64,000 nt of DNA from Desulfobacteraceae bacterium (GCA_011389745.1 JAABTQ010000004.1:83007-147006); one strand, 5' to 3'. Positions 1 to 9,167 are shown, numbered from the stretch's first letter. The notes: a model not told the origin generated them from the sequence alone. Numbers and translations are program-made.

Positions 1-242
1 ATAATGGGTATTGCTTTTGTATTATCCCGGGATTTTAAAACTCTTGCAACTTCAAGTCCATCGATTCCCGGGAGCATCAGGTCCAAAATAATCATATCCG
101 GAATTTCGGATTTTGCAATTTTAATGGCTTTCTCACCATTGTCCGCAGTAAAAACCTTGTATCCTTCACGAGACAGATTAAATGTTATAAGCTCCAGGAT
201 GTCATCTTCATCATCAACAACAAGAATTCTTTCCTTGGCCAT
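1..242 (-). CDS. Response regulator receiver (REC) domain protein, N-terminal part; gene runs off the left edge
   Basis: Own minus-strand translation from ATG 242-240: MAKERILVVDDEDDILELITFNLSREGYKVFTADNGEKAIKIAKSEIPDMIILDLMLPGIDGLEVARVLKSRDNTKAIPII. The DD pair and the IILDLMLPG phospho-acceptor block are typical of CheY-like receivers. It is absent from the ORF track because no stop lies in the window; track ORF 4..285(+) is its antisense shadow. Confidence 0.85.
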   Translation of the reverse strand, partial: MAKERILVVDDEDDILELITFNLSREGYKVFTADNGEKAIKIAKSEIPDMIILDLMLPGIDGLEVARVLKSRDNTKAIPI

Positions 243-479
243 GGATTGTAACCTTTACAGAGATAGAAGAGTCATCATTTATTAAAGAATGAAAATTTTT
301 AGGTAAGTTTTCATATTCTTCTTTACAGGAATCTTTCCCGAAAGTCAAAGAATGTGGGTGCATCCATATAATTAAAAAATATTTTCCGGATCATATTTTA
401 TGGTTGTTGGTTTTTATAACAAGCTGCAAATCAGGTTTTCTGCTTGATAAAATTACTGATTTTGTATAGATTGAATTCT

Positions 480-1250
480 ATGGGATATGTTTTTGATTTC
501 AATGATGCCATGAACTGCGAAAAATGGTTTTTAAATTCACAAAACCGAGCTATTGCAGATTCACACTACCATCTGATGCTGGATATGCTAAAAGCACATC
601 CAGGCCAATCCGTTCTGGATATCGGTTGCGGTCTGGGCACCGGAGTGGCTTTTTGCCATGAAAATGGTCTGCAAGCCACCGGAATTGATCCATCACCTTA
701 TATGTTGGATATTGCTGAAAAAAACCTTGGCCATTGGGCCGGGCTTCATCGTGGAAAAGCCGAAGACCTCCCCTTTGACGATAATTCATTTAACTACGCG
801 AGCTTGATAACCTGTCTCGAATTTGTAGATGATCCGCGAAAGGCAGTAGAAGAAGCATGCCGAGTTGCAAAAGACAAAATTTTTATCGGTATTATCAATC
901 ATTACGCTTTGACCAGAGTTAAAATACGAATTAAGGGACTTTTTACCGATACTGTATATAATCATGCACAATTTTTTAGTATCTGGGATTTAAAAAATTT
1001 AATATTTGATTTACTGGGAGATGTTCCTATTCAATGGCGAAGCATTCCAATACGTCCTTTACCAATGGGTATAATCAGAAAAAATCTCCATAAATTGCAC
1101 TTTGTGGACAGGTTTCCTTTTGGTGCCTATATCGTGATGGCCATCACACTCTTACCCCGGTTCAGAACCCGTCCTCTCGAATTAAAAATTTGCCCGAACC
1201 GCAGCACAGGAGTCGTACCCGGATTAACCTCGGATAAAACCAATACATGA
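480..1250 (+). CDS. Class I SAM-dependent methyltransferase (Methyltransf_11-like)
   Basis: Track ORF 444..1250. Motif I is VLDIGCGLGTG, followed by FDDNSFNYASLITCLEFVDDP. ATG at 480 (MGYVFDF) is more plausible than the upstream alternative start. Confidence 0.75.
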   Translation: MGYVFDFNDAMNCEKWFLNSQNRAIADSHYHLMLDMLKAHPGQSVLDIGCGLGTGVAFCHENGLQATGIDPSPYMLDIAEKNLGHWAGLHRGKAEDLPFDDNSFNYASLITCLEFVDDPRKAVEEACRVAKDKIFIGIINHYALTRVKIRIKGLFTDTVYNHAQFFSIWDLKNLIFDLLGDVPIQWRSIPIRPLPMGIIRKNLHKLHFVDRFPFGAYIVMAITLLPRFRTRPLELKICPNRSTGVVPGLTSDKTNT

Positions 1251-1364
1251 AAGCCGGAATCCCGAAAAAAAAGGCGAACCCACTAAATTACGAACCGTAA
1301 TTAATAGGGGTACGCCCATTTTTTCAAACAACATAAAAATACTTCTGACAAATCGATAGGTTTA

Positions 1365-1625
1365 TTAAGCTCGTGTTTCTTTAAATGGCCTTAGATTCAC
1401 CGCCTGTTTGCCCTTTGATGTTTCTCTGATTTCAAAAATGACACGGTCGTTGGACTGAAGTCCGAAATATCCAAATTCTTTGATCCCCGAATTATGAAGA
1501 AAAATATCTCCGTATTCCTCGGTAGTGACAAATCCGTATCCCTTCTTTTCATTATACCATTTGATATGACCTTCCACCAATCGCTTTTCCTTTCCGTTGT
1601 TTTGAACGAATGCCCGGCAAATCAC
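1365..1625 (-). CDS. Cold-shock domain protein (CspA family)
   Basis: GHIKWYNEKKGYGFVTTEEYGDIFLHNSGI carries the KGYGFV and DIFLH RNP-like motifs. The true start is probably GTG at 1577 (purine-rich AAGGAAAAG upstream), giving about 70 aa. Confidence 0.85.
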   Translation of the reverse strand: MICRAFVQNNGKEKRLVEGHIKWYNEKKGYGFVTTEEYGDIFLHNSGIKEFGYFGLQSNDRVIFEIRETSKGKQAVNLRPFKETRA

Positions 1626-1712
1626 TTTGCTAAAAGATCTAAAAATAACATACTATATATATATGTACCAGGATTTACACCAGAGCACTGTAAATTAATT
1701 TTTGAAGGATTC

Positions 1713-1741
1713 AGAATATTCCTTTTTCAATAAAATGTCAA
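1713..1741 (-). promoter_or_regulatory. Sigma70-type promoter candidate for the csp gene (TTGACA-17 nt-TATTCT)
   Basis: Minus strand reads TTGACATTTTATTGAAAAAGGAATATTCT. It implies a leader of over 100 nt, as is usual for cold-shock mRNAs. Confidence 0.4.
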
Positions 1742-1834
1742 ACATCGAAAATCTATAAAATCAAATCATTCATTAACAACGGCTTAATTCAATGTTCAAG
1801 CGGATTTGTAGTTTGGCCTGTTTATAAGGGCATA

Positions 1835-2035
1835 TTACATTGCATCCTTATCACTGGCTTCAATGGCTTTATCTATTTCCGCTTTCAACTGCGGAGGTAA
1901 ATCAGGAATATCAAGATTGAGAAATCCTTGAATGATCGACGAAACTGCTTCATCTTCCGTCAAGCCCCGGGACATGAGGTACATACTGTTGAGGTTAGAA
2001 CTAAATTTATGGTTGAGTTTCGCACAGGGAAGGCC
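1835..2035 (-). pseudogene. SufB/SufD-family C-terminal remnant
   Basis: Own translation: GLPCAKLNHKFSSNLNSMYLMSRGLTEDEAVSSIIQGFLNLDIPDLPPQLKAEIDKAIEASDKDAM*, with stop at 1835-1837. YLMSRG..EA....GF is the conserved extreme C-terminus of SufB/SufD. An in-frame TAA lies at 2036-2038 and no SufB body lies upstream. Confidence 0.55.
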
Positions 2036-2091
2036 TTACCATGTTTCCGGTTTTCTGCTGCTCAGGCCCAGTCCTCCCAAGGCAAACCACA

Positions 2092-2508
2092 CTATTTAGG
2101 TTCAGTAGGGTATCTTGACCGATTCCACTCGTGCCAGCCCCCTTTGAGGGCATAAACCTTTTCAAAACCTCTGTCTTTCATTTGCTTCGCCGTCCAGGCG
2201 GAGGTCCCCTCGCCAGGTCATGCGCAATACAAAATGTAGGTTTTTTTCAAATCATAATTAGAAATCCAATCTTTCAAATTAGCGGAATCTTCGTGAACAG
2301 CACCATTAATTTTTATGTCGCTTGCCCTCCAGTCACTCCCGGACCTGACATCCAAAAAAACAACATCAGAGTTATCCATCATTTCCCGGGCTTCTTCCTT
2401 GGTAATACGAGGAATTTCCGTTGCCGATATTTCATGCGATGTTGTGATCAGAATTGCCATCACAAACACCGACAAAATCATCAAAGTTTTTATATTGGTA
2501 ACTTTCAT
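2092..2508 (-). CDS. Exported single-domain rhodanese with in-frame UGA at 2218-2220 (candidate selenocysteine codon)
   Basis: Track ORF 2218..2508 has a signal peptide and ends ...KTYILYCA at TGA. The same frame continues PGEGTSAWTAKQMKDRGFEKVYALKGGWHEWNRSRYPTEPK to TAG at 2092-2094. That continuation is the canonical C-terminal half of a rhodanese domain. Confidence 0.6.
2197..2214 (-). promoter_or_regulatory. Candidate SECIS-like hairpin 4 nt downstream of the UGA
   Basis: RNA reads UGA CCU GGCG-A-GG GGACC UC-CGCC UGG. The stem is GGCG/CGCC plus GG/UC(C), with a bulged A and a G-rich apical loop. Confidence 0.35.
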
Positions 2509-2528
2509 ATCATTTTCCTTTCTTTTTT

Positions 2529-3833
2529 TCAGGTGAACAGATTCTTCACAGGTTTATATGGTAAAAGTCTGCTGAAAATCATGGTTAAAATTGAAATTAC
2601 AATAAATCCGACAATAAAGAACAACGAAATCGTCATATCCGGGTCCGTTGCAATCAAAACAACTGCCCCCACAGCATATACCATGACAGCAAAAGATCCG
2701 GGCAACGTCAACCTTTTGTTTTTCTTTCCGCTTGAGTGAAGCAGTTTTCTTATCGCGAACGCATTGAAAACCGCATGCGAAATCAGCCATAGATAAAAAG
2801 CACTGCGAGTAACCGTTACGGTGATATCCTTTCCCGCCATCCCCGTGAGCAACATACACAGAATTCCTATAAATAAAATCATCATGACGGCATTTCCTCC
2901 AAGCATTTTCCTGTTCAATACAGGAAAAATTTGTTGGGATCTGACCATGGAATGAATTACAGCGGATACACCTGCCAGAAGTGTGTTGACGGAAGCAAAA
3001 CTCCCTGTAAGAATCGCCACCCCCATGATTTTACGACCGTTTTCTCCTGAAATGGCGCGTGCTGCAATGGAATGAGGGACGGTACTGTCCGCAAGACGTT
3101 CCAAAGGGACAAAATGGAGGGAAATCTGCCACCAAAGCAGGAATATGGCACCGGCGGTAACAAATGCCGCCATGAGTGAAAATGTTTGGGACCGTCGATT
3201 CTGCTGTACCGCGTCATGGTACACAGCCAGTTCGGCGGCCATAAAGAGCCAAAAAACCAATACCAGTGATCTCCAATCCACATAGGGCATGTGGAAACCG
3301 TTTTGATTTTCAAAAACCGAGTCGCCCCAGTTGGAATAACCCATAATCAATAAGAGCATCATGGCTCCCATAAATATCACAACCGATATTATCTGAAGTC
3401 TTTCGGATGCTGAAGGGTTTATGAAGTTGACAGCAACTATGAGAATAAGAAAACAGATGGAAAAAAGGAGATTTGGAAACCAGTATAAAAATATTTCGTT
3501 AAGGGCATAACCAGCCATGGCAAGGATGAGAGTGGAAACACCAATGCAAAACGGAACCAGTGAGGCGAGTTGCAAAGCCGTGAGAACCCATTTTGAATCA
3601 ATTTTTACATGTATTTTCGGGGCTTCGGAACCCGATTCATCGGGAAGCCGGGCATAGCAGTATGCAGTCCAAAGGTTGATTATGGCGACAATGGGAATTG
3701 TCCACAAATACCAGTGCCCCATCATCCCTGCGCTATTTCCCAAAACCACCAGCGACAACGGAGATATCATAAACCCCATAGCCATGCAGGTTCTTATCAG
3801 GAAGCTTTTTAGGGACACATTTTGTTTATTCAT
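2529..3833 (-). CDS. Polytopic membrane protein, APC-superfamily permease-like
   Basis: 434 aa with about 12 hydrophobic segments and a layout resembling amino acid/polyamine permeases. It ends 21 nt upstream of the rhodanese gene on the same strand. The family call is tentative. Confidence 0.5.
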   Translation of the reverse strand: MNKQNVSLKSFLIRTCMAMGFMISPLSLVVLGNSAGMMGHWYLWTIPIVAIINLWTAYCYARLPDESGSEAPKIHVKIDSKWVLTALQLASLVPFCIGVSTLILAMAGYALNEIFLYWFPNLLFSICFLILIVAVNFINPSASERLQIISVVIFMGAMMLLLIMGYSNWGDSVFENQNGFHMPYVDWRSLVLVFWLFMAAELAVYHDAVQQNRRSQTFSLMAAFVTAGAIFLLWWQISLHFVPLERLADSTVPHSIAARAISGENGRKIMGVAILTGSFASVNTLLAGVSAVIHSMVRSQQIFPVLNRKMLGGNAVMMILFIGILCMLLTGMAGKDITVTVTRSAFYLWLISHAVFNAFAIRKLLHSSGKKNKRLTLPGSFAVMVYAVGAVVLIATDPDMTISLFFIVGFIVISILTMIFSRLLPYKPVKNLFT

Positions 3834-3945
3834 TTATCCATTATCTCCGATCATCATAATCTTTCCGGGCTTCATATTTTACAGCATAAACCTGTACCTC
3901 TATTTTGTGGCTCGATCATTCCGTTGTCAAGACGACCTTTTGCTC

Positions 3946-5877
3946 TCAGCCTGCCTTCAGCAAGACAAAGATTTCTCCCTCAACAGATTTATCGTTTTCT
4001 TTTCGAAGCACAACCGGGTTTACATTGTCTATTTTAAAATGATATTTTTCACCAAGAGATTTGATGTAGCCTGAGCCATGAGCAAAACGTCCGGTGAATT
4101 GCAAAGTGTAGCCGTCCTCAGGATAGCTTTCAGTTGAAAAAATAAAGCAGGCCCCTGGATTAAGCCTTTTTTCGAGATTTGAAAACAAAGGTTCCAAATC
4201 ACCCAAATAAACAAAAACATCTGCTGCGATCACCAGGTCGAACTTCTCCCGGCATTCGCTTAAAAACTCATTTATTTCCGAAACATGCAACTGATTGTAA
4301 AGAGCTTTATTTTCGGCCACCTCAATCATGTCCTGAGATATATCCACACCAGTCATATGCCCCGAGATATCGCGAAAGATTTCGCCCGCCAAACCCGTAC
4401 CGCAGCCCAGGTCGAGGACTTTTTCATATTTTTTGTGTTTTCCGATCGAATCATCCAAAGCTTTTCTGAGAAGTTGCGGTGTCTTGTAGGCAAGATTCCG
4501 GGTGAGATGTCTGTCGAATCGGTTTGAATATTGATTAAAAAGTTCTTTTACGTATTCCGGCGGGGCGCTTTTGGGATTTTTTCCGGATAAAACAGCTGCC
4601 ATATACCTGGCGGAATGATTTCCGGAATCGAGCTTAGCAGTCTTTTGAAACGCTGACAGGGCCTTATCCATATGCCCCAGCTCCATCAAAGTACTTCCCA
4701 TATTATGATAGGCATCGGCATATTCGGGCATAAGTGATGCTGCCTGCTCAAAAGCAATCAGCGCTTCCTGAAGCTTACCCTGGGTTTTTAAAAGGATACC
4801 GATGTTTTGAAACACATGGGGATTATTCGGTTCAAGGGAGATGGCTTTTCCATATGCCTCGAAGGCCTCCTGATTTTTTCCTGCTGCGTTTAAGGCAACC
4901 GCTATATTATTATAGGTCTGCGGATGTTTCGGGTCTATTTCAATGGCCTTCTTGTATGCTTCAATGGCCTCTTTTATTCGGCCTTCACTTTTCAAAGCAA
5001 TACCCAGACTGTTATAAGCTTCAGCAAAGTCGGGTTTGGTTTCAATGGCTTTTTCAAACTCACCAATAGCTTCGGCCATCCTTTTACGGGCAAGCAGATA
5101 GTTTCCATAACGATGACGGGCTTCGGCTGAATCCCCGGAAAAAACTATCGCTTTTTGAAAAGCATTATCTGCCTCATGTTGTTTACCCGCCAATTCAAAG
5201 GCTGCACCCAGATTCTGATAGGCATGTGAATTTTCAGGATCTGTTTCAATACATTCTTTAAAGGCCCCGATAGCCTCCGGTATCCTGTTCTGGAAAAGTA
5301 ATGCTTTTCCCAACCGGTTACGGGTCTCAACCAAATCAGGTTTTATTTCAAGGAGTTGTTTAAAAACAGATATTGCCTCTTCCGGTTGATTTTGTTTTAA
5401 AAACACTCTACCAAGATTGTGGTAAGCGTCGATATATTCCGGATCCAAATCAATAGCCCGTCGAAAGGCATCAATGGCCTTGTCCGTCTTTCCCTTTCCT
5501 CTAAGCACTTTTCCCATCATATTATAGGTTTCCGGATTTTGGGGATTTACGGCAAGAGCGCTGTGAAAAGCATCCACGGCATCATCGAAATTGCCCATTG
5601 AATTTAGTGCAAGTCCTAAATGGTTATAAAAATAGTCTCTGTCCGGTGCACTTTGAATGGCTCGGGTAATTAATTCGGCCGCTGACCTGGGATTTTTGTT
5701 TTGATAATAAATACCACCGAGCAAATAAAGAGCATCCGGATTTTCCGGATCACAATCCAGCAGTTTTTCATACCGTGTCCTCGCTTCATTAAACTGGCCT
5801 GCCTGATGTGCAGCAACTGCGCGATCGAGCATATCTTTTAAGTTCATCTTTTGTTGTTTCCTGTTCGTGTTTTCCAC
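3946..5877 (-). CDS. TPR-repeat protein with C-terminal SAM-dependent methyltransferase domain
   Basis: Many 34-aa repeats follow the A..Y..A(L/I)...P pattern. The C-terminus carries VLDLGCGTGLAGE...DLVIAADVFVYLGDLEPLF, a class I methyltransferase signature. Confidence 0.8.
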   Translation of the reverse strand: MENTNRKQQKMNLKDMLDRAVAAHQAGQFNEARTRYEKLLDCDPENPDALYLLGGIYYQNKNPRSAAELITRAIQSAPDRDYFYNHLGLALNSMGNFDDAVDAFHSALAVNPQNPETYNMMGKVLRGKGKTDKAIDAFRRAIDLDPEYIDAYHNLGRVFLKQNQPEEAISVFKQLLEIKPDLVETRNRLGKALLFQNRIPEAIGAFKECIETDPENSHAYQNLGAAFELAGKQHEADNAFQKAIVFSGDSAEARHRYGNYLLARKRMAEAIGEFEKAIETKPDFAEAYNSLGIALKSEGRIKEAIEAYKKAIEIDPKHPQTYNNIAVALNAAGKNQEAFEAYGKAISLEPNNPHVFQNIGILLKTQGKLQEALIAFEQAASLMPEYADAYHNMGSTLMELGHMDKALSAFQKTAKLDSGNHSARYMAAVLSGKNPKSAPPEYVKELFNQYSNRFDRHLTRNLAYKTPQLLRKALDDSIGKHKKYEKVLDLGCGTGLAGEIFRDISGHMTGVDISQDMIEVAENKALYNQLHVSEINEFLSECREKFDLVIAADVFVYLGDLEPLFSNLEKRLNPGACFIFSTESYPEDGYTLQFTGRFAHGSGYIKSLGEKYHFKIDNVNPVVLRKENDKSVEGEIFVLLKAG

Positions 5878-5898
5878 ATCATCGCTCCTGTATGAATT

Positions 5899-7473
5899 TT
5901 ATAGTAAACCTTTCCCGGGAGAAGCATAGTTTCTTTGAATGATATTCATGTAGTTGTTTTTTTCCTGTTCCCACCGGGCGTCATCCCATCCGAGAACCGG
6001 CTGACAAAGACCACGGATTCGCTGCATGTGGTTTTTTCCTCCACCGGGTAATATAACTCCCATGCGCAGTCGTCGAAGGAGAATATCCGCAAGATGACGA
6101 GCTTGTTCGTACTTGGCTACATAGGGCAATTCCGCCCAAATTGTGGGCGTGCCGGGTATATGATCCAAATCTTTCGGCAACGTATCATGGATTAGCCTTT
6201 CAGCACCTTTTCCATATCTTCCCTTAAGACGATTAACGGTATTTTCCGAAAGACCGGAATTTAATGAAATCGCATTGAAAGAATTGGAAAACAAGGTTGT
6301 TCGGGTGTCTATACGCGGATAAAAAGAAAAATGGGGCTGAGCCAGCTTAAGAACATCCCAGGCAATTTTTCTGAATGTTGTCAGCTTTCCGCCTGCAACA
6401 GAGATTAGGCCTTTGTCGGTCCTTAAAAAATGTTCTCTTGATTCCGCTGACGGATCTTTTTTGCTTTTGCTGAAAACGGTTCGAACACCGGCAAAAGTTG
6501 AAATGCAATCTCTGCGTGTAATACTCAATGATGGAAAAAAAGCCTGAACACCCTCGATCAGGTAGGACATTTCTTTTTCGGTAATTTTGGGAGAATCAAT
6601 CATAGCTTTTTCATGTTCAAGATCGGTTGTACCAAATAATACGACACCTTCCCAGGGGATAGTAAAAACGAAACGGCCATCTTCAGGGTGCAGGCAACTT
6701 ACCGCATGTGAAACTGGAAGGGTTTCTGATGAAAATACCAGGTGGCTTCCTCTGAGAAAACGTACATGGAAATCGGTTCCGTCCAGAGGATGAAGTTGAT
6801 CGGTCCATGGGCCTGTTGCATTGATCACCACGGGAGCAAAAAAGATCATTGCATCGCCGGTTTCAACATCTTCGGCATCGACTCCCGCCACGTCCCCCTG
6901 CCGATCCCGGTTAATGTTTTTCACTTTTGAGTAATTGGCCGCGGTCCCTCCATTAGCCACACCTTCCTGAATGAGCCTTAAAACCAGCCGTGAATCATCA
7001 ACCTGGGCATCGTAAAAATGAAAGCCTCCAAGAAGTCCTTCCGGACACAAATAGGGCTCCGACTTCAATAGTTCTTGAGGTCCATAAAACCGGTGCTGTT
7101 TTTTCAGCGCCATAAGATCATAAGCCATCATTCCCAACCCCAACATCCATTTACCGGGATGCTGATTTTTATATACCGGCAAAAAAAATCCCAGAGGTTC
7201 CACAAGCCCGGGAGCGTCCTTAATGAGTCTTTGCCGATGTACCACGGAGGTTCGGGTCAAACCCAATCTACCCTGTCCAAGATAACGAAATCCTCCATGG
7301 ACAAGTTTGGAAGAGCGACTGGAAGTACCCCAGGCAAAATCATTTTGCTCCAATAAAAGTGTCTTTATCCCCAGTTTGGTTGCTTCATGAAATATTCCTG
7401 CTCCTAAAATACCTCCCCCAATGATAATCATATCCCATTTTTTCGGAAGATCACTCAATTTAGGCTGTAACAT
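5899..7473 (-). CDS. glpD: FAD-dependent glycerol-3-phosphate dehydrogenase
   Basis: The N-terminus WDMIIIGGGILGAGIFHEATKLGIKTLLLEQNDFAWGTSSRSSKLVHGGFRYL is the GlpD/GlpA signature. Confidence 0.8.
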   Translation of the reverse strand: MLQPKLSDLPKKWDMIIIGGGILGAGIFHEATKLGIKTLLLEQNDFAWGTSSRSSKLVHGGFRYLGQGRLGLTRTSVVHRQRLIKDAPGLVEPLGFFLPVYKNQHPGKWMLGLGMMAYDLMALKKQHRFYGPQELLKSEPYLCPEGLLGGFHFYDAQVDDSRLVLRLIQEGVANGGTAANYSKVKNINRDRQGDVAGVDAEDVETGDAMIFFAPVVINATGPWTDQLHPLDGTDFHVRFLRGSHLVFSSETLPVSHAVSCLHPEDGRFVFTIPWEGVVLFGTTDLEHEKAMIDSPKITEKEMSYLIEGVQAFFPSLSITRRDCISTFAGVRTVFSKSKKDPSAESREHFLRTDKGLISVAGGKLTTFRKIAWDVLKLAQPHFSFYPRIDTRTTLFSNSFNAISLNSGLSENTVNRLKGRYGKGAERLIHDTLPKDLDHIPGTPTIWAELPYVAKYEQARHLADILLRRLRMGVILPGGGKNHMQRIRGLCQPVLGWDDARWEQEKNNYMNIIQRNYASPGKGLL

Positions 7474-7516
7474 TTTTCAGGTCACCCTTTTGGTTCATAA
7501 AAATTTTAATAAGCTA

Positions 7517-9142
7517 TTAATCTATCAACTTTCCGGGATTCATTCGTTTTTCCGGATCCACATGAGAACATAGCGTCCGGATTAATTCCATGCCAAGCTT
7601 TCCTTTTTCCTCTGCAATGTAAGGAAGATGATCAATACCGATCCCGTGCTGGTGACTGATCGTGCCCCGGGAATTTACAATTGCCCTGCTTGCCGCTTTT
7701 TTTAATGTCCTCCACCGTGACAGTGAATGTTCGGGTGTATCAGCAAGGCGGAATAAAAATGTTGTGTAAATATTCGATCCGGTCGGGTACACATGAGAAA
7801 GGTGTGAAAAGGTATATACTTTCTCTCCGATTGAATTTAGCCCTCGGGTAAGAACCTTTTCAATATTTTCCATGGTTGAAGTCACCTTGTCCCAATTGAC
7901 TGCTGTTTCCACAGTATCCACGGCATACCCATTGTCCCATAAACTATTTCTGAGATAGGGCGCACGAAAACGTTTTTTTTTCCAAGCTTTTCCCATGCTT
8001 TTGCCAACCCAAACTCCATTGAATTTTTTTAAATGAGAACAAACCTCTTTAACAGCCTGTGCAACCATTCCTGAAGATCCGGCAAAACCGATGAGCGCCA
8101 TACAAATACCTTTATCCGGAAACCTTCGTATTTTAAGATAATTCTTTAAAATCCAGATCAACCACTCATGTCCAGCCAAAGTCAGGTTCGTTTGAGTCTC
8201 TGCGGGATTGCTGAGGCGAACCATGGAAATGGGTATACCCTCACCCATGATCACCCTTACAGCTTCCAGAGCATTTTCCCAGGAAGGAAAAAAAACACCA
8301 TAGACATCATCCTTATCAGGTATAGGGGAAACCTTTACCATAACATGGGTCAATATACCCATCCTTGCCTCGGAACCCATAACCCAATGTCTTATATCCG
8401 GACCGGCAGCAGATGCCGGCGTCGGTGGAATATCGATTTTTCCTTTTGGTGTCAGCACTTGTCCTCCAACAAATAGCCCGTCGATACTTCCATATTTTAA
8501 GGACTGCTGCCCGCTGGACCGCGTCACTACCCAACCTCCCAGAGTCGAAAATTCAAAAGATTGGGGGAAATGTCCCAGGGTAAACCCTTTTGGGTTCAAA
8601 TGCCTTTCGATTTCAGGCCCCTTAATGCCGGCCTCAAATGTTGCAAGTCTTGTGTATGGATCAAAAGCGATCATCCGATTGAAATGCTTTAGCGAAATTG
8701 ATAATATGGGTCTTTTATCATCAGGAACACTCAAATGACCAACAACAGACGTTCCACCGCCATATGGAATAATAACCACCCCATTGGTATTTGCATAATG
8801 AATCAGTTCCTGAATTTGTTCTATCTTGTCGGGGAAGGCAACACCATCCGGGAAACGATCGAGAATACCACCCCGTATTGCAATCCAATCCGGAAAGCTT
8901 TGTCCATGACTGTGAAAGATTCTTTCCCTGGGGGCTGTGGTTATCAGTGGATGGGCACTGAGTCGGGTAGGCGGAACCCTTTTGATATAATCATTAAGAG
9001 CAAAATCCTGCCGGTGTTTTCCAGGTCCGATCGTGTCGGTCATAAATGCTCTTGCTTTACAAGGAATATCAATATAAACACTTTCATAGCCCCATCCGTT
9101 CCAGCGCGTGTTTTTTCTATTTTCCTTCTCGTGCATTTTCAA
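7517..9142 (-). CDS. FAD-linked oxidase of the alkyl-dihydroxyacetonephosphate synthase (AGPS)-like type
   Basis: N-terminal RWNGWGYE box, HSHGQS, PDGVAFP, the PYGGGTSVVGH FAD-binding segment and a C-terminal GTISHQHGIGIDH loop. This block order matches the AGPS family rather than plain GlcD-type oxidases. Confidence 0.7.
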   Translation of the reverse strand: MKMHEKENRKNTRWNGWGYESVYIDIPCKARAFMTDTIGPGKHRQDFALNDYIKRVPPTRLSAHPLITTAPRERIFHSHGQSFPDWIAIRGGILDRFPDGVAFPDKIEQIQELIHYANTNGVVIIPYGGGTSVVGHLSVPDDKRPILSISLKHFNRMIAFDPYTRLATFEAGIKGPEIERHLNPKGFTLGHFPQSFEFSTLGGWVVTRSSGQQSLKYGSIDGLFVGGQVLTPKGKIDIPPTPASAAGPDIRHWVMGSEARMGILTHVMVKVSPIPDKDDVYGVFFPSWENALEAVRVIMGEGIPISMVRLSNPAETQTNLTLAGHEWLIWILKNYLKIRRFPDKGICMALIGFAGSSGMVAQAVKEVCSHLKKFNGVWVGKSMGKAWKKKRFRAPYLRNSLWDNGYAVDTVETAVNWDKVTSTMENIEKVLTRGLNSIGEKVYTFSHLSHVYPTGSNIYTTFLFRLADTPEHSLSRWRTLKKAASRAIVNSRGTISHQHGIGIDHLPYIAEEKGKLGMELIRTLCSHVDPEKRMNPGKLID

Positions 9143-9167
9143 TTCCCATCAAATGTTGGTTTGAAAT

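Noticed and set aside
4-285. Track ORF 4..285 (+), 93 aa
   Set aside because: It has a low-complexity, Ser/Ile-rich translation with no recognisable fold. The opposite strand encodes a textbook response-regulator receiver domain starting at 242, so this ORF is an antisense shadow.
2131-2739. Track ORF 2131..2739 (+), 202 aa, and 1928..2155 (+), 75 aa
   Set aside because: They overlap the rhodanese gene, the end of the permease gene and the SufB remnant on the opposite strand. Their translations are compositionally odd and match no family; they are shadow ORFs.
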